DNA of 63,121 nt, counting the filler, from Octopus bimaculoides (Eukaryota), in the NCBI RefSeq assembly GCF_001194135.2. It is 8 parts of 8 records of this genome, joined end to end, with 100 filler letters (N's around TTAATTAATTAA, not from the genome) between each part and the next. Parts side by side here need not be neighbours in the genome. Positions count along the whole stretch, not along the records: positions 47,351 to 50,975 come from NC_068989.1; positions 51,076 to 53,997 come from NC_068994.1; positions 54,098 to 59,096 come from NC_068999.1; positions 59,197 to 63,121 come from NC_068982.1; 4 more parts are not named here. The stretch is one strand, 5' to 3'. Each line of letters starts with the position of its first letter. Position 1 is the first letter of the stretch. Positions 50,946 to 63,121 of the stretch are shown here, piece after piece. The translations under genes and the position numbers were made by a program. The notes beneath the pieces are model-generated. The model had not been told where the DNA came from and did no database searches. It was given only the letters and a program-made list of their open reading frames with translations.

Positions 50946-51436
50946 ACATATATATGTGTGTGTGTGTGTGTGTGTNNNNNNNNNNNNNNNNNNNNNNNNN
51001 NNNNNNNNNNNNNNNNNNNTTAATTAATTAANNNNNNNNNNNNNNNNNNNNNNNNNNNNNNNNNNNNNNNNNNNNCTTTCTCTGTTTCACTCTCTCTCTC
51101 TCTCTGCCCCTCTCTCCTTCTTTCACACACATACATTCTGTTTATATCTTTTGCTTTTAATCAATCTCTTTCTCGCAGTTATCTATACATCTATATTTTC
51201 CTTCCATGTCTCCGACAGCATATAATTCACATGTATGCATATATAAATATACATGTGTGTGTGTGTGTGTGTGTGTGTACTAAATAATTGCATGCTACTA
51301 AATATAACAAGGAAGTATGTAGTTTTATGAATGCGTATATGCATCTAATGTATGCATGCATGTATGCATGTGTGTCATATATGTATTCTGTTTATGTAAT
51401 TATGAATATGTACAGATGATTTGCTGTATAAATAAG

Positions 51437-51475
<39 letters not shown>

Positions 51476-51947
51476 ATGCATATTGGCAGTACGTTTTGCG
51501 GTATATGCACATGTTTACATATGCAACCAGCTGCTGTTTATATATGCAAATGTTGTGTTTACGTGTAGAAACGTGTGCACAAGTTGCATGTATATATGCT
51601 TACATATATCACGAAAGCATGCATGCACACACACACACACACACACGTACGCACGCGCGCGCGCACGCGCACGCACACACATAATTAAATGATGCTGGTG
51701 TGTAACCCGATCGATCAGATTTTTTATTAAAACGTGCTGCCGTCGTGGCCATCCAGCCTCAAACTGAGTTATAAATGCATCTATCTAGGCCTACATTAGC
51801 TAAAGAGACCGCCTTTTTGAAGATGATCGATGTGGTTTTTAAAGGGAGTTTGTTCGCTATTTCTAGCATAGCATGCCTTTGCCATACGGAGTTATTTTGA
51901 GTGAACATATTCAATACTGGAGCAAACTTGGAATATTAGTCATACAC

Positions 51948-52000
<53 letters not shown>

Positions 52001-52002
52001 GT

Positions 52003-52335
52003 TCAAATTTACAGAAAAAAGACGAAGACAGGTGTAGGAACAACAAGCAGGTGTATTAGTCACTAGAGTAGACTGTGTGCTGCCCGGGGCGGCCCTTCCG
52101 TTTCTCGATCCTGGACCCCACAAAAAGAAAAAGCATATTGCCTACAGTAATAGCCTACGACAGGATGAAAAGTGTCACCCAGGGCGGACCGCGCCTACAC
52201 CTCCCCCCCCGCCTCNNNNNNNNNNNNTTAACGCTCGGAAAGTATGGAAAAGTCTTTTACGTTTCGAGCCTACGCTCTTTGACAGAAAGGAAATAAGAGG
52301 TTGGGGAAAATAAAAACGGAGAGAGGAAAAAAATG
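52003..52335 (-). mobile_element. CUGUNGA HHR-family element, copy 3, interrupted by a hAT-type MITE
   Basis: 52254-52289 reads cttt CUGUCAA a gagc-gtag-gctc GAAACGUA aaag on the minus strand; the tail resumes at 52060-52003. Confidence 0.7.
52061..52215 (+). mobile_element. Second copy of the hAT-type MITE
   Basis: Starts cactagagtag and shares catattgcctacag..atgaaaagtg.cacc.gggcggaccgc with the 34.7-kb copy; the 3' end is in a gap. Confidence 0.65.
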
Positions 52336-52767
52336 TGCAGAGTTCAACATATTGATATATACATATTCAGCGCCCCCCCCCCCCATACACACACACACAT
52401 TATGTGTGTATATAAAACTATACGTAATCTTGTATATCTTTTTATATAAATGCATGCATGTATGTATGAATCGATGGATGGATAGATGGATGGATGGCGG
52501 GATGGGTGGATGGATGGGAAGGAGTGTATATGCATGCTTGCAATTATGCATCTATACTACATAGTTCGCTTTATTATTGCATGTTATGTAAACATACACA
52601 TAATCTGATGCAACAACTTTCCAATTGTTGAGTAAGTGCAACACATGTGTGCATATCAATATTCTGCATATGCATCTGTGTGTGGGTGCTTGTGCATCCC
52701 TTAGTGTGTGTACATTTAGATATGGTCTTTTATACAGTAATGTGATAGCTTTTATGAATATTTTAAG

Positions 52768-52978
52768 GCGGTGAGCTGGCAGAATCGTTAGCACGCCGGG
52801 CGAAATGCTTAGCGGTATTTCGTCTGTCTTTATGTTCTGAGTTCAAATTCCGCCGAGGTCGACTTTGCCTTTCATCTTTGGGGTTCGATAAATTAAGTAC
52901 TAGTTGCGTACTGATGTCGATCTAATCGACTGGCCCTCTCCCCAAAAATTTCGGGGCTGGTACCTAGAGTAGAAAAGA
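52768..52978 (+). mobile_element. SINE family B, full length
   Basis: Near consensus. Confidence 0.88.
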
Positions 52979-53094
52979 TCCTTTATGAAAATGTGTGTGT
53001 AAATGTATATGTGTGCATTTGTGCATTTGCGTACGTTCATGTAAAATGTTTGTAAGTGGATATGCCCTTATGCTTGTATGCAATCTATGCATGC

Positions 53095-53475
53095 TTAGCT
53101 TGCTACCCAACCACATGGTCCTGGGTTCAGTCCCACTGCGTAGCACTTTGCGCAAGTGTCTTCTACTATAGCCTCGGGCTGACCAAATCCTTGTGAGTGG
53201 ATTTGGTAGACGGAAACTGAAAGAAGCCCGTCGTATACATATATATGAATATATTTATGTGTGTGTGTGTGTGTTTCTGTCTGTGTTTGTCTCCCACCAT
53301 CGCTTTACATCCGATGTTGGCGTGTTTACGTCCCGTAACTTAGCGGTTCGGGGAAAAGACCGATAAAATAAGTACTAGGCTTACAAAGAATAAGTCCTGG
53401 GGGTCTATTTGTTCCACTAAAGTCGGTGCTCTGGCATGGCCGCAATCAAACGACTCAAGTGAAAGAATAAAAGAA
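53095..53475 (+). mobile_element. SINE family A, near full length
   Basis: Both halves present. Confidence 0.85.
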
Positions 53476-53485
53476 TATGTGTGTA

Positions 53486-53516
<31 letters not shown>

Positions 53517-53904
53517 ACGGTCGCGCGCACACAAACCCGCTATGTACATGTATAACAAGTGTATAAGTTCATATGCGGGTGTGGATGTATAATATATGTA
53601 AGTATTAATCTGTGTGAATATATATATGTGTGTGTGTGAGTGTTTCAACATAGCTGGGTTTACGTAATGATGTATAGATTTCGCAATGGTTGTGAGGAAA
53701 TGTGTGTATACATATATACACATACACATACATACAGTATATGCATATAATATATATACACACATACATACAGTATATATAATTATATGTATGTTTGGTG
53801 ATGCAAACAGGAAAATATTACTCAAAACACAAGTATATATCTATTTTTTATTATTTATAATCGGCAAGAGGTAGTTTCTTTCTCTCGCTATTCCCTACCT
53901 CACA

Positions 53905-53937
<33 letters not shown>

Positions 53938-54624
53938 GATCTTATTTATACATACATACATACATACATATGTATATATATATATATATATATATATNNN
54001 NNNNNNNNNNNNNNNNNNNNNNNNNNNNNNNNNNNNNNNNNTTAATTAATTAANNNNNNNNNNNNNNNNNNNNNNNNNNNNNNNNNNNNNNNNNNNNTAG
54101 TTTTCCTTTTCTTTTTTCTTTTCTTCTTTTTTCCTCTTTTATTTTTTTAGCATTCCAGCTTTGAAGCCGGAAACTCTAACTTCTGAAAGCCTGCGTGGCG
54201 TAATTAACTGCTGCCTGTGACTTAGTGTGAAGTTTTTATTTTCCACCAACCAAATTTACTTAGCATACGGCAAGGAGACAAACAGAACGACGACTCTCAA
54301 GATACCAATTAGAATCAGAAAGTACTTCCTCTCTTCTCTGATTTAACACATTGCTCTCCACTAGGCCAACATGTAACACTTATCATCTTAGGACTTACTC
54401 AATGGGATAATTGCTCACTCGTTTTTGTTGACGATGTTGTTGGTCTCCAGGTCAGCTCTGCTCTAGTAGACATACGGTCAAAACCGTTTCCATTGTGACC
54501 ATCCAATCAATTTCTCAGTCGAGTATATCTAGGAACACACCTTTTAAAAATCTTTTGCTTGTTTTATTCACTGGACTGCGGCCAGGCCGGGGCACCGCCT
54601 TACTGGCTTTTCTTCCGGCCTCTT

Positions 54625-54766
54625 CCTAAGTTCAAATTCACTCAAGGTCCACTTTGCATTTCATCCTTTCGGGGTTAATAAAATAAGTACCAGTTGAGCA
54701 CTGGGGTCAATGTAATCGACTAGTCCCCACCCCAAAGTGGCTGACCTTGTGCCAAAATTTGAAATA

Positions 54767-54800
<34 letters not shown>

Positions 54801-54936
54801 CTGTATTGAGCTGGCAGAAACGTTAGCACGCCGGGCAAAATGTTTAACGGTATTCCGTCTGTCTTTACGTTCTGAGTTCAAATTCCGCTGAGGTTGACTT
54901 TGCTTTTCATTCTTTCGGGGTCGATAAATTAAGCGC
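54625..54936 (+). mobile_element. Two tandem SINE family B copies
   Basis: About 54625-54770 and 54806-54936, separated by (ATC)n. Confidence 0.75.
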
Positions 54937-55660
54937 NNNNNNNNNNNNNNNNNNNNNNNNNNNNNNNNNNNNNNNNNNNNNNNNNNNNNNNNNNNNNNNN
55001 NNNNNNNNNNNNNNNNNNNNNNNNNNNNNNNNNNNNNNNNNNNNNNNNNNNNNNNNNNNNNNNNNNNNNNNNNNNNNNNNNNNNNNNNNNNNNNNNNNNN
55101 NNNNNNNNNNNNNNNNNNNNNNNNNNNNNNNNNNNNNNNNNNNNNNNNNNNNNNNNNNNNNNNNNNNNNNNNNNNNNNNNNNNNNNNNNNNNNNNNNNNN
55201 NNNNNNNNNNNNNNNNNNNNNNNNNNNNNNNNNNNNNNNNNNNNNNNNNNNNNNNNNNNNNNNNNNNNNNNNNNNNNNNNNNNNNNNNNNNNNNNNNNNN
55301 NNNNNNNNNNNNNNNNNNNNNNNNNNNNNNNNNNNNNNNNNNNNNNNNNNNNNNNNNNNNNNNNNNNNNNNNNNNNNNNNNNNNNNNNNNNNNNNNNNNN
55401 NNNNNNNNNNNNNNNNNNNNNNNNNNNNNNNNNNNNNNNNNNNNNNNNNNNNNNNNNNNNNNNNNNNNNNNNNNNNNNNNNNNNNNNNNNNNNNNNNNNN
55501 NNNNNNNNNNNNNNNNNNNNNNNNNNNNNNNNNNNNNNNNNNNNNNNNNNNNNNNNNNNNNNNNNNNNNNNNNNNNNNNNNNNNNNNNNNNNNTAAATTT
55601 AAACGACCGTAATAATCTTATCTTATCAGCATCTACACACTGGAGGTCTTATGTCAAAGT

Positions 55661-55704
<44 letters not shown>

Positions 55705-55715
55705 ATAATAATAAC

Positions 55716-55747
<32 letters not shown>

Positions 55748-56084
55748 CTTTTATTGGTCACAAGGGCCCAAGGTATGGAAGACAATATCAAAGGACGAGG
55801 TACAACACACAAAACAAGGTAGGGTTTAAATTGATCGAAGGGAAACACTAGAATATTAAAGGTTATATAGATGATGATGATGATGATGATGATGATGATA
55901 ATCCTTTCTACTATAGGCAGGAAGCCTGAATTTGGGAGAGGGGATTAGTCGGGCACTGCTCGAGGGCCCCGAGCTCTGAGGGGCCCGCAGTCTACATGTT
56001 AACTCTCTTTGATATCAATGCTAAGGGGATCCGGTGAACATTTATGCCCGAGCGCCTTTAATACTCTCAGTCCGTCTCTGACGC

Positions 56085-56278
56085 AGGGCGAAATGCATTA
56101 ACGCCATTTCGTCCGTCTTTACGTTCTGAATTCAAATTTCGCCGAGGTCGACTTTGCCTTTCATCCTTTCGGGGTCAATAAATTAAGTACCAGTTACACA
56201 CTGAGATTCAATATTATTGACTAGCCCCAACCCCCATCAAAGTTTCAGGCCTTATGCCTATAGTAAAAAGGATTATTA
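56085..56278 (+). mobile_element. SINE family B
   Basis: Match to the family B consensus. Confidence 0.75.
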
Positions 56279-56566
56279 GGAATTGCATTAAAAAATTGTT
56301 TAAATATTTTGTGTATTGTAGAAATAAAACCAAATTATTCCACAAATTTTAACAACAAAATCTCATATAGACCCCCCAAGGGTCATATGGACCCTGGATG
56401 AGAACCAATGCATTAGTCTGATGTTGATCTTTCAGGTGGCTGCGAAGTTCATTGCTTTCCGGTAAAAGACGGATTCTTCCGTACAAGAGATGACGATTCT
56501 TTTCCCGACAGGTCAACATCTTACTAAAATTCCCGTGTACGTGTCAGTGGCACTTAACTATATTAT

Positions 56567-56599
<33 letters not shown>

Positions 56600-56619
56600 T
56601 ATTTAATCCCCAAAAAGCA

Positions 56620-56795
56620 AGAAAAAACACAAGAAGAAAACAACAACGCGAGGACGTGGTACATGCAAAGTATTAACAGACGCTGAGGGAAAGAAAGTTA
56701 GTTTTACGTTTTGAGCAAAGCCCTTCTTCAGAAACAGGAGACAGAAAAGTCCAAGAGAAAAGGAAGATGGAGGGAAAAAATCGCCAACAATCCAC
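56620..56795 (-). mobile_element. Second copy of the CUGAAGA HHR family
   Basis: Shares gaggacgtg..tattaa..gaaagtc.aagagaaa with the 14.4-kb element. HHR at 56701-56735 reads gttt CUGAAGA a gggc-ttt-gctc AAAACGUA aaac (G12A). Confidence 0.65.
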
Positions 56796-57312
56796 ATCTA
56801 GTTATATATATATATATATATCTTGTTTTCTATTCTAGGCACAATGCTCGAAGTTATATATATATATATATGTATATATATTGTTGAGATTAAGATAAGA
56901 CATTGTTAGTATATTACTTTGTGGTATGAATTACTATATTATCGTGTAATGTACGCCAATATTGGGTTACGTGATACCAAGATTGAGTCATAGCATTAAT
57001 AGTATGTTGAGTGATGTGTGTGTTGGTGTGTATATATATATGTGTGTGTTTGAGTATGTAAGTATGCGTATACCTTTATAAATACATGTATAAACATACA
57101 TATATATCAGCGTGTGGGTATGAATATAAATATATATATCATAAAGAGATATCATACACACACATACACACACATATATATATACACGCGCACAGACACT
57201 TATACATACATATATGTTTATATTTTTTATGTATGTATGTATATTTATGTATATATGTGTGTGCACATATATATGTATATATGTGTATATATGTATACAC
57301 ACACATATAAAT

Positions 57313-57434
<122 letters not shown>

Positions 57435-58135
57435 GTGCATATATGTGTTTATCTAGATGTATACGCCCGTACGTGCGTGTGTGCATGTATAAGTATTTAC
57501 ACACGCAGACTCACACTCACACACATACATACATACATACATACATACATACACACACATGCACGTATAACTACACCAGTATTTATAACACATTATCGCT
57601 CGGCATCTGTTATTTTCAGTAATACGAATGCTAATAATCCCGAATATTCTGTGATGACGACGCCATTAGCACTCACCTACAAAAAAAAAAAAGAATAATA
57701 ATAAAAACAATAACACGTAACTGACACACATAAAGCAACACTAAAAAAATAAAATTGTAACCAGTTTTTAACGGTTAAGCTGTAAACGAACCAACTGCGT
57801 AACGAGAGAAACCAAAAGAAAGAGAGAGATATTCGAAAAAATAAAAAACAAAATGGCTGCCGCAGCGAAAGAGCTGTTATTAAACCTCAGAATATCAGAG
57901 AGGACGGAATGTGACATTCTCGAGTATATCTGGTTTTTAAAAACGGGAGCAATATCACCAGCCGAGGGTGGGGCGTTGACATTCAAGTAGAGAAGGCGGG
58001 ATAAGAATACAAATTACTAGGCGAGACTCAAGAATGTTATTTATAAAACGGCGATAAAAGTATTGTGAACAGTTTGGTAGTGGTGGTGGTGGTGGTGATG
58101 GTGACTGTAATCTGGATACGCACACCACGGTGTAT

Positions 58136-58311
<176 letters not shown>

Positions 58312-58446
58312 AATGCCTGTCGGTTCTGTTTGACAATGGGTCGACCCAATTAAAGACACGTGAACTTCATATGGAAAGTACAACTGTCTCGGGATGAAAT
58401 GTGGCCACCCTTCACTAATATATACATACATACATACATACATACG

Positions 58447-58513
<67 letters not shown>

Positions 58514-58707
58514 GTATGTATATACATACATATATATATGTATATACATATATATACATACACACACACATATATATACATACATACACACACACATATA
58601 TATACATACACACACACATATATATACACACATACGCACACTCACNNNNNNNNNNTATACATACACACACACATATATATACACACATACGCACACTCAC
58701 GCATACA

Positions 58708-58739
<32 letters not shown>

Positions 58740-59196
58740 TGGTGAAAACGTTCGAGAAAAAGTTCCACGTGGTGAATAGTAGAAAAGGAAAAAATAGTCG
58801 ACTGGTTTCACTTACGCTATTCATGACAACGTCGTTAGTGATGCTATAATTTCATGCTATTATGATAAGTTGTCGTTCCATGTTGGTAGGAGAACAGATA
58901 TTTTGTAAATAAATCTCTAGGTAAATGAACTTTAGATGAGATTCGTACGTATGTCCACATGTTGTTCTGTTTCTTTTCGTCTTTGTCTCTAAAGTCCTCG
59001 TCGTCGTCGACGTTGTACCCTTCCTCCTTCTCCTCGTCCTGCTGCTGCTGCTGCCCCTCCCCCTCCTCCTCCCCCTCCCCTCCTCCTCCTCCTCCTNNNN
59101 NNNNNNNNNNNNNNNNNNNNNNNNNNNNNNNNNNNNNNNNTTAATTAATTAANNNNNNNNNNNNNNNNNNNNNNNNNNNNNNNNNNNNNNNNNNNN

Positions 59197-59242
<46 letters not shown>

Positions 59243-60409
59243 GCATATGCATATGTATTTTCCTATGTATATACGTATGTTTGTTTATATGTGTTGCTTT
59301 TATTAACAACTTGTAATCCACTTGCATCATGTTATTCGCAACCCAACTTCCTTATGATCCTTATTTCTGTAACCCGTAAGTATTATTTTCTTGGTTTTAG
59401 AATCTATAGAGATCGCATGCAGTTATGTTACCGAACTTAAGATTTTATCAATTCTCTCTATGAAATATTAAGCAAAGCTAGAAATAATATCTATTGAAAA
59501 ATACAATTTATTTATTTTGCTATCTTGCTGAATTGATTTTAAGTTTCGTAGATATTTCTTTTAATGGAAATAATTCTAAAATTAACTGTAAGACTTTATA
59601 TAATTTTATATTCCTCCGTTTTTACAGTTACTTCTATTTACACGTATTTTATGTACATTTAAGTTTATCGTAAGCTAATTGTTCATGATGCCAAATGTGG
59701 AATTAGTTCTTCCAGTTGGTTAAACCGATAAATCTTTACACCTATCTGTATCATTTTATATTTACCTCTTAGTTATGATTTTTGTAAAAATAAAAAAAGA
59801 CAGGAATATTTATTTTCAAAATACTTATCGCGCCTACCTTAATCCTTTCTATTGTAACCATTATTAGCTCAAGATACTTCAGTTCATTTGGAATAAAATG
59901 AACTTATTTTTGGATAATTTGATAATTACTTTTACGTTTTATTTATTTCAACCAAATATTTTTTACATAACACGAAGTGTTGCAGACATCATTTTCTAAC
60001 TTGATAATACTCTGAATGCTTATATATGTTTCATTTTTATACATTTTTCTCATAATAATAAGCTTGAGTATGTATGTGCGTATGAAACGACTCTTCTGTT
60101 GTTCGCATTGTATTATTGATAGAGCGCTCTTCATCGCTAAGCAGCAACAGAGTGAAATATACGCAACAGAGTAAAATATATACAAACACTACACAACCAC
60201 ACTGTACTGATATATCAACACACGTTTACATACACAGAGAGTCTCACATAAACAAGGTGGACAATTATGGACAACTTAGCAGCTATTCTTTTTATATGTC
60301 GTTTGAAAAACAGTATTTACAATGAAGTATTACTTGAAAAATCTTTAACAACTCCATGTCAAAGCAAACATGCATATTTTTATATATTTAGAGACAATCT
60401 TTTATCTGT

Positions 60410-60900
<491 letters not shown>

Positions 60901-60917
60901 TTCAGTGAATTTTTAGA

Positions 60918-61140
60918 AGGCAGGAGTTCTGCTATTGGCACAAGGACTGAAATTTTGGGATAGAGGAGTTGTCGATTATATCGACCCCAGTGTTTCACTG
61001 GTACTTAACTTATCGACCCCAAAAGGATGAAAGGCAAAGTCAACCTCGGTGGAATTTGAACTCAGAACATAACGACAGACGAAATACCTCTAGGTATTTC
61101 GCCCGGCGAGCTAACGATTCTGCCAGCTCGCCGCCTCGCC
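60918..61140 (-). mobile_element. SINE family B, full length
   Basis: Reverse-strand near-consensus copy. Confidence 0.85.
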
Positions 61141-61923
61141 TCTCAGAACAATAATGACGACAGAAGTAAATTGTGGCCCATCGCACTTTATGTGTTAATT
61201 TCCAGAAATAGTTTTTATCAGAATTAGGTAATAACCAATTAGATCAGATTCAAAACACAGTTGAAACACAGCGTGTAAGGCATCTACTGTTAGATAAAAG
61301 TTCAGGAAGAATGTGTAGAAATTTGAAGTGATTCAAGTCTCAGGCATAAATTTTCAATGAAAACCTTACATGTGTTTTAGGCTCGGTGTTTGTGCGTAAT
61401 TTCCTATGTTGTGCGAATTCGGCAACGAAATTCCACCTTGTATATGTATTATTTTTGTGTGTCTGTGCATTTGCATGATGGGCGTATTGTATGTGTGAGT
61501 GTGTGTGAATGTGTGTCTGCTTTATGTGTTTATATGTGTATGTGCGTGCGTGTCAATGTGTGTAAGTGTTTGATGTTTGTGTTTGTGTGTTTGTTTGTTT
61601 CTCTGTGTGTGCTTGTGTTTCTATACGAGTGTGTATTTGAATTTCTGAGTATGCATATTTCATTATGCGAAAACAACAATGAATATATTATTCGGAATGT
61701 TCAATTTAAGCAGGATGATGTATTTGAATGCTTTGGGTTATGTAATTAAGTGTTTTACAACTCTGTTTAACTTGTCTAAAAATCAATAAATACTACAAAT
61801 ATATTAAGATCGATTTAAAGACTAACTCTTCACCCACTCATAAAACGAACCGTGTATCTAAGAAATAGCCTGTTTTACATGATTTCGATTGTCGATCGCC
61901 ATCAGGTAAGAGAGAGAAAGAAG

Positions 61924-61958
<35 letters not shown>

Positions 61959-62085
61959 GGTGGATGATGGAGGGAGAAAGGAAGAAAGAGAGGCTCCTAA
62001 ACAAGCAATGGTTTTGATCAGTTTCGATTTTAGACTGTCGTTAGCTCAACTTTTTTAAGTTGCTAATGCTCTTAACGAAGATCTA

Positions 62086-62133
<48 letters not shown>

Positions 62134-62157
62134 CATCATCATCATCATCATCATCAA

Positions 62158-62368
62158 CGGCAGCGAACTGGCAGAATCGTTAGCACGCCGGGCGAAATGC
62201 TTAGCGGTATTTCGTCTGTTTTTACGTTCTGAGTTCAAATTCCACCGAGGTCGACTTTGCCTTCCATCCTTTCGGGGTCGATAAATTAAGTACCACTTAC
62301 GTACTGTGGTCGATCTAATCGACTGGCCCCTCCTCCAAAACGTCAGGCCTTGTGCCTATAGCAGAAAT
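62158..62368 (+). mobile_element. SINE family B, full length
   Basis: Near consensus. Confidence 0.88.
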
Positions 62369-62443
62369 GATTATTATAATTATTGTTATTATTTTTATTG
62401 TTGCTGTTATTATTATTATCATTATTATTATTATTATTATTAT

Positions 62444-62476
<33 letters not shown>

Positions 62477-62804
62477 AAGTTGTAGTAGTAGTATTTTATG
62501 TCACATATGCCGAAGAATAGGATCGTTCGTAACAAGTTCAAAGTTCAATCATTGATAACAGGTCAATCAAGAATTTATTGTATGTACGATGGGACGGAAC
62601 AAATATCACAACGTGATTTTGATCGAAAGTAGCATTTCATCGGTTTTAAAATTTTATATTTGCATTATCCCACTTTCACTGATATATGTATATGTACACA
62701 CACATGCACACACACATACACTCAAACACACGCGCACGTACAATATACACACACACACATATATATATATATACATATACATATTATATGTACAAGTATA
62801 TACA

Positions 62805-62842
<38 letters not shown>

Positions 62843-63121
62843 CATACATACATACATATAAATATCTGTACACTCACACACACGCACACTGGCACACACA
62901 CACACACATACACACGTTCACATTCAGGCACAGACACATTAAAATATCTAATAAATATACATTATAACAGATTCCTTTTTCTCCTCATTTTTCTTCTTTT
63001 CAAATCAACAATGCCTTATCCAAATATTCTCAAACAAAAATTTAATTATGTGTCCATTTATTCCGAGTTAAACGACAAAAAAGAGAACAATTCCCGCCCA
63101 TAGATGACATTTTAACACTTA

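Noticed and set aside
57853-57990. aaaATGgctgccgcagcg start-like context with a short ORF
   Set aside because: About 45 codons, no homology recognised and no splice donor before the stop.

Overview
Repeat-rich, gapped, AT-rich animal genomic DNA. The SINE families, microsatellite density and gene content suggest a coleoid cephalopod (Octopus-like); this is an inference. The only host gene I can support is F-spondin (spondin-1): two phase-compatible plus-strand exons at 43613-43750 and 45787-45938 encode the start of the spondin_N domain. The rest is intronic or intergenic. It holds four tRNA- or RTE-related SINE families, decayed RTE LINEs, a Tigger/pogo fragment, several MITEs and many simple repeats. 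The main finding is a set of at least six short, non-coding retroelement families carrying minimal type-I hammerhead ribozyme (HHR) motifs, 11 motifs in total. Four insertions have a Penelope-like inverted-arm layout with the HHR reading outward. They include a G3-C8 core-swap variant (19.9-20.3 kb), an A6U core family (4.4, 47.9, 52.3 kb) and a tRNA-headed SINE with an HHR tail and a 17-bp target-site duplication (TSD) inside an RTE reverse transcriptase (28.0-28.5 kb). Nearly all ORFs in the supplied track are microsatellite or N-gap artefacts. All alignments were done by eye, and SINE/LINE boundaries are approximate.
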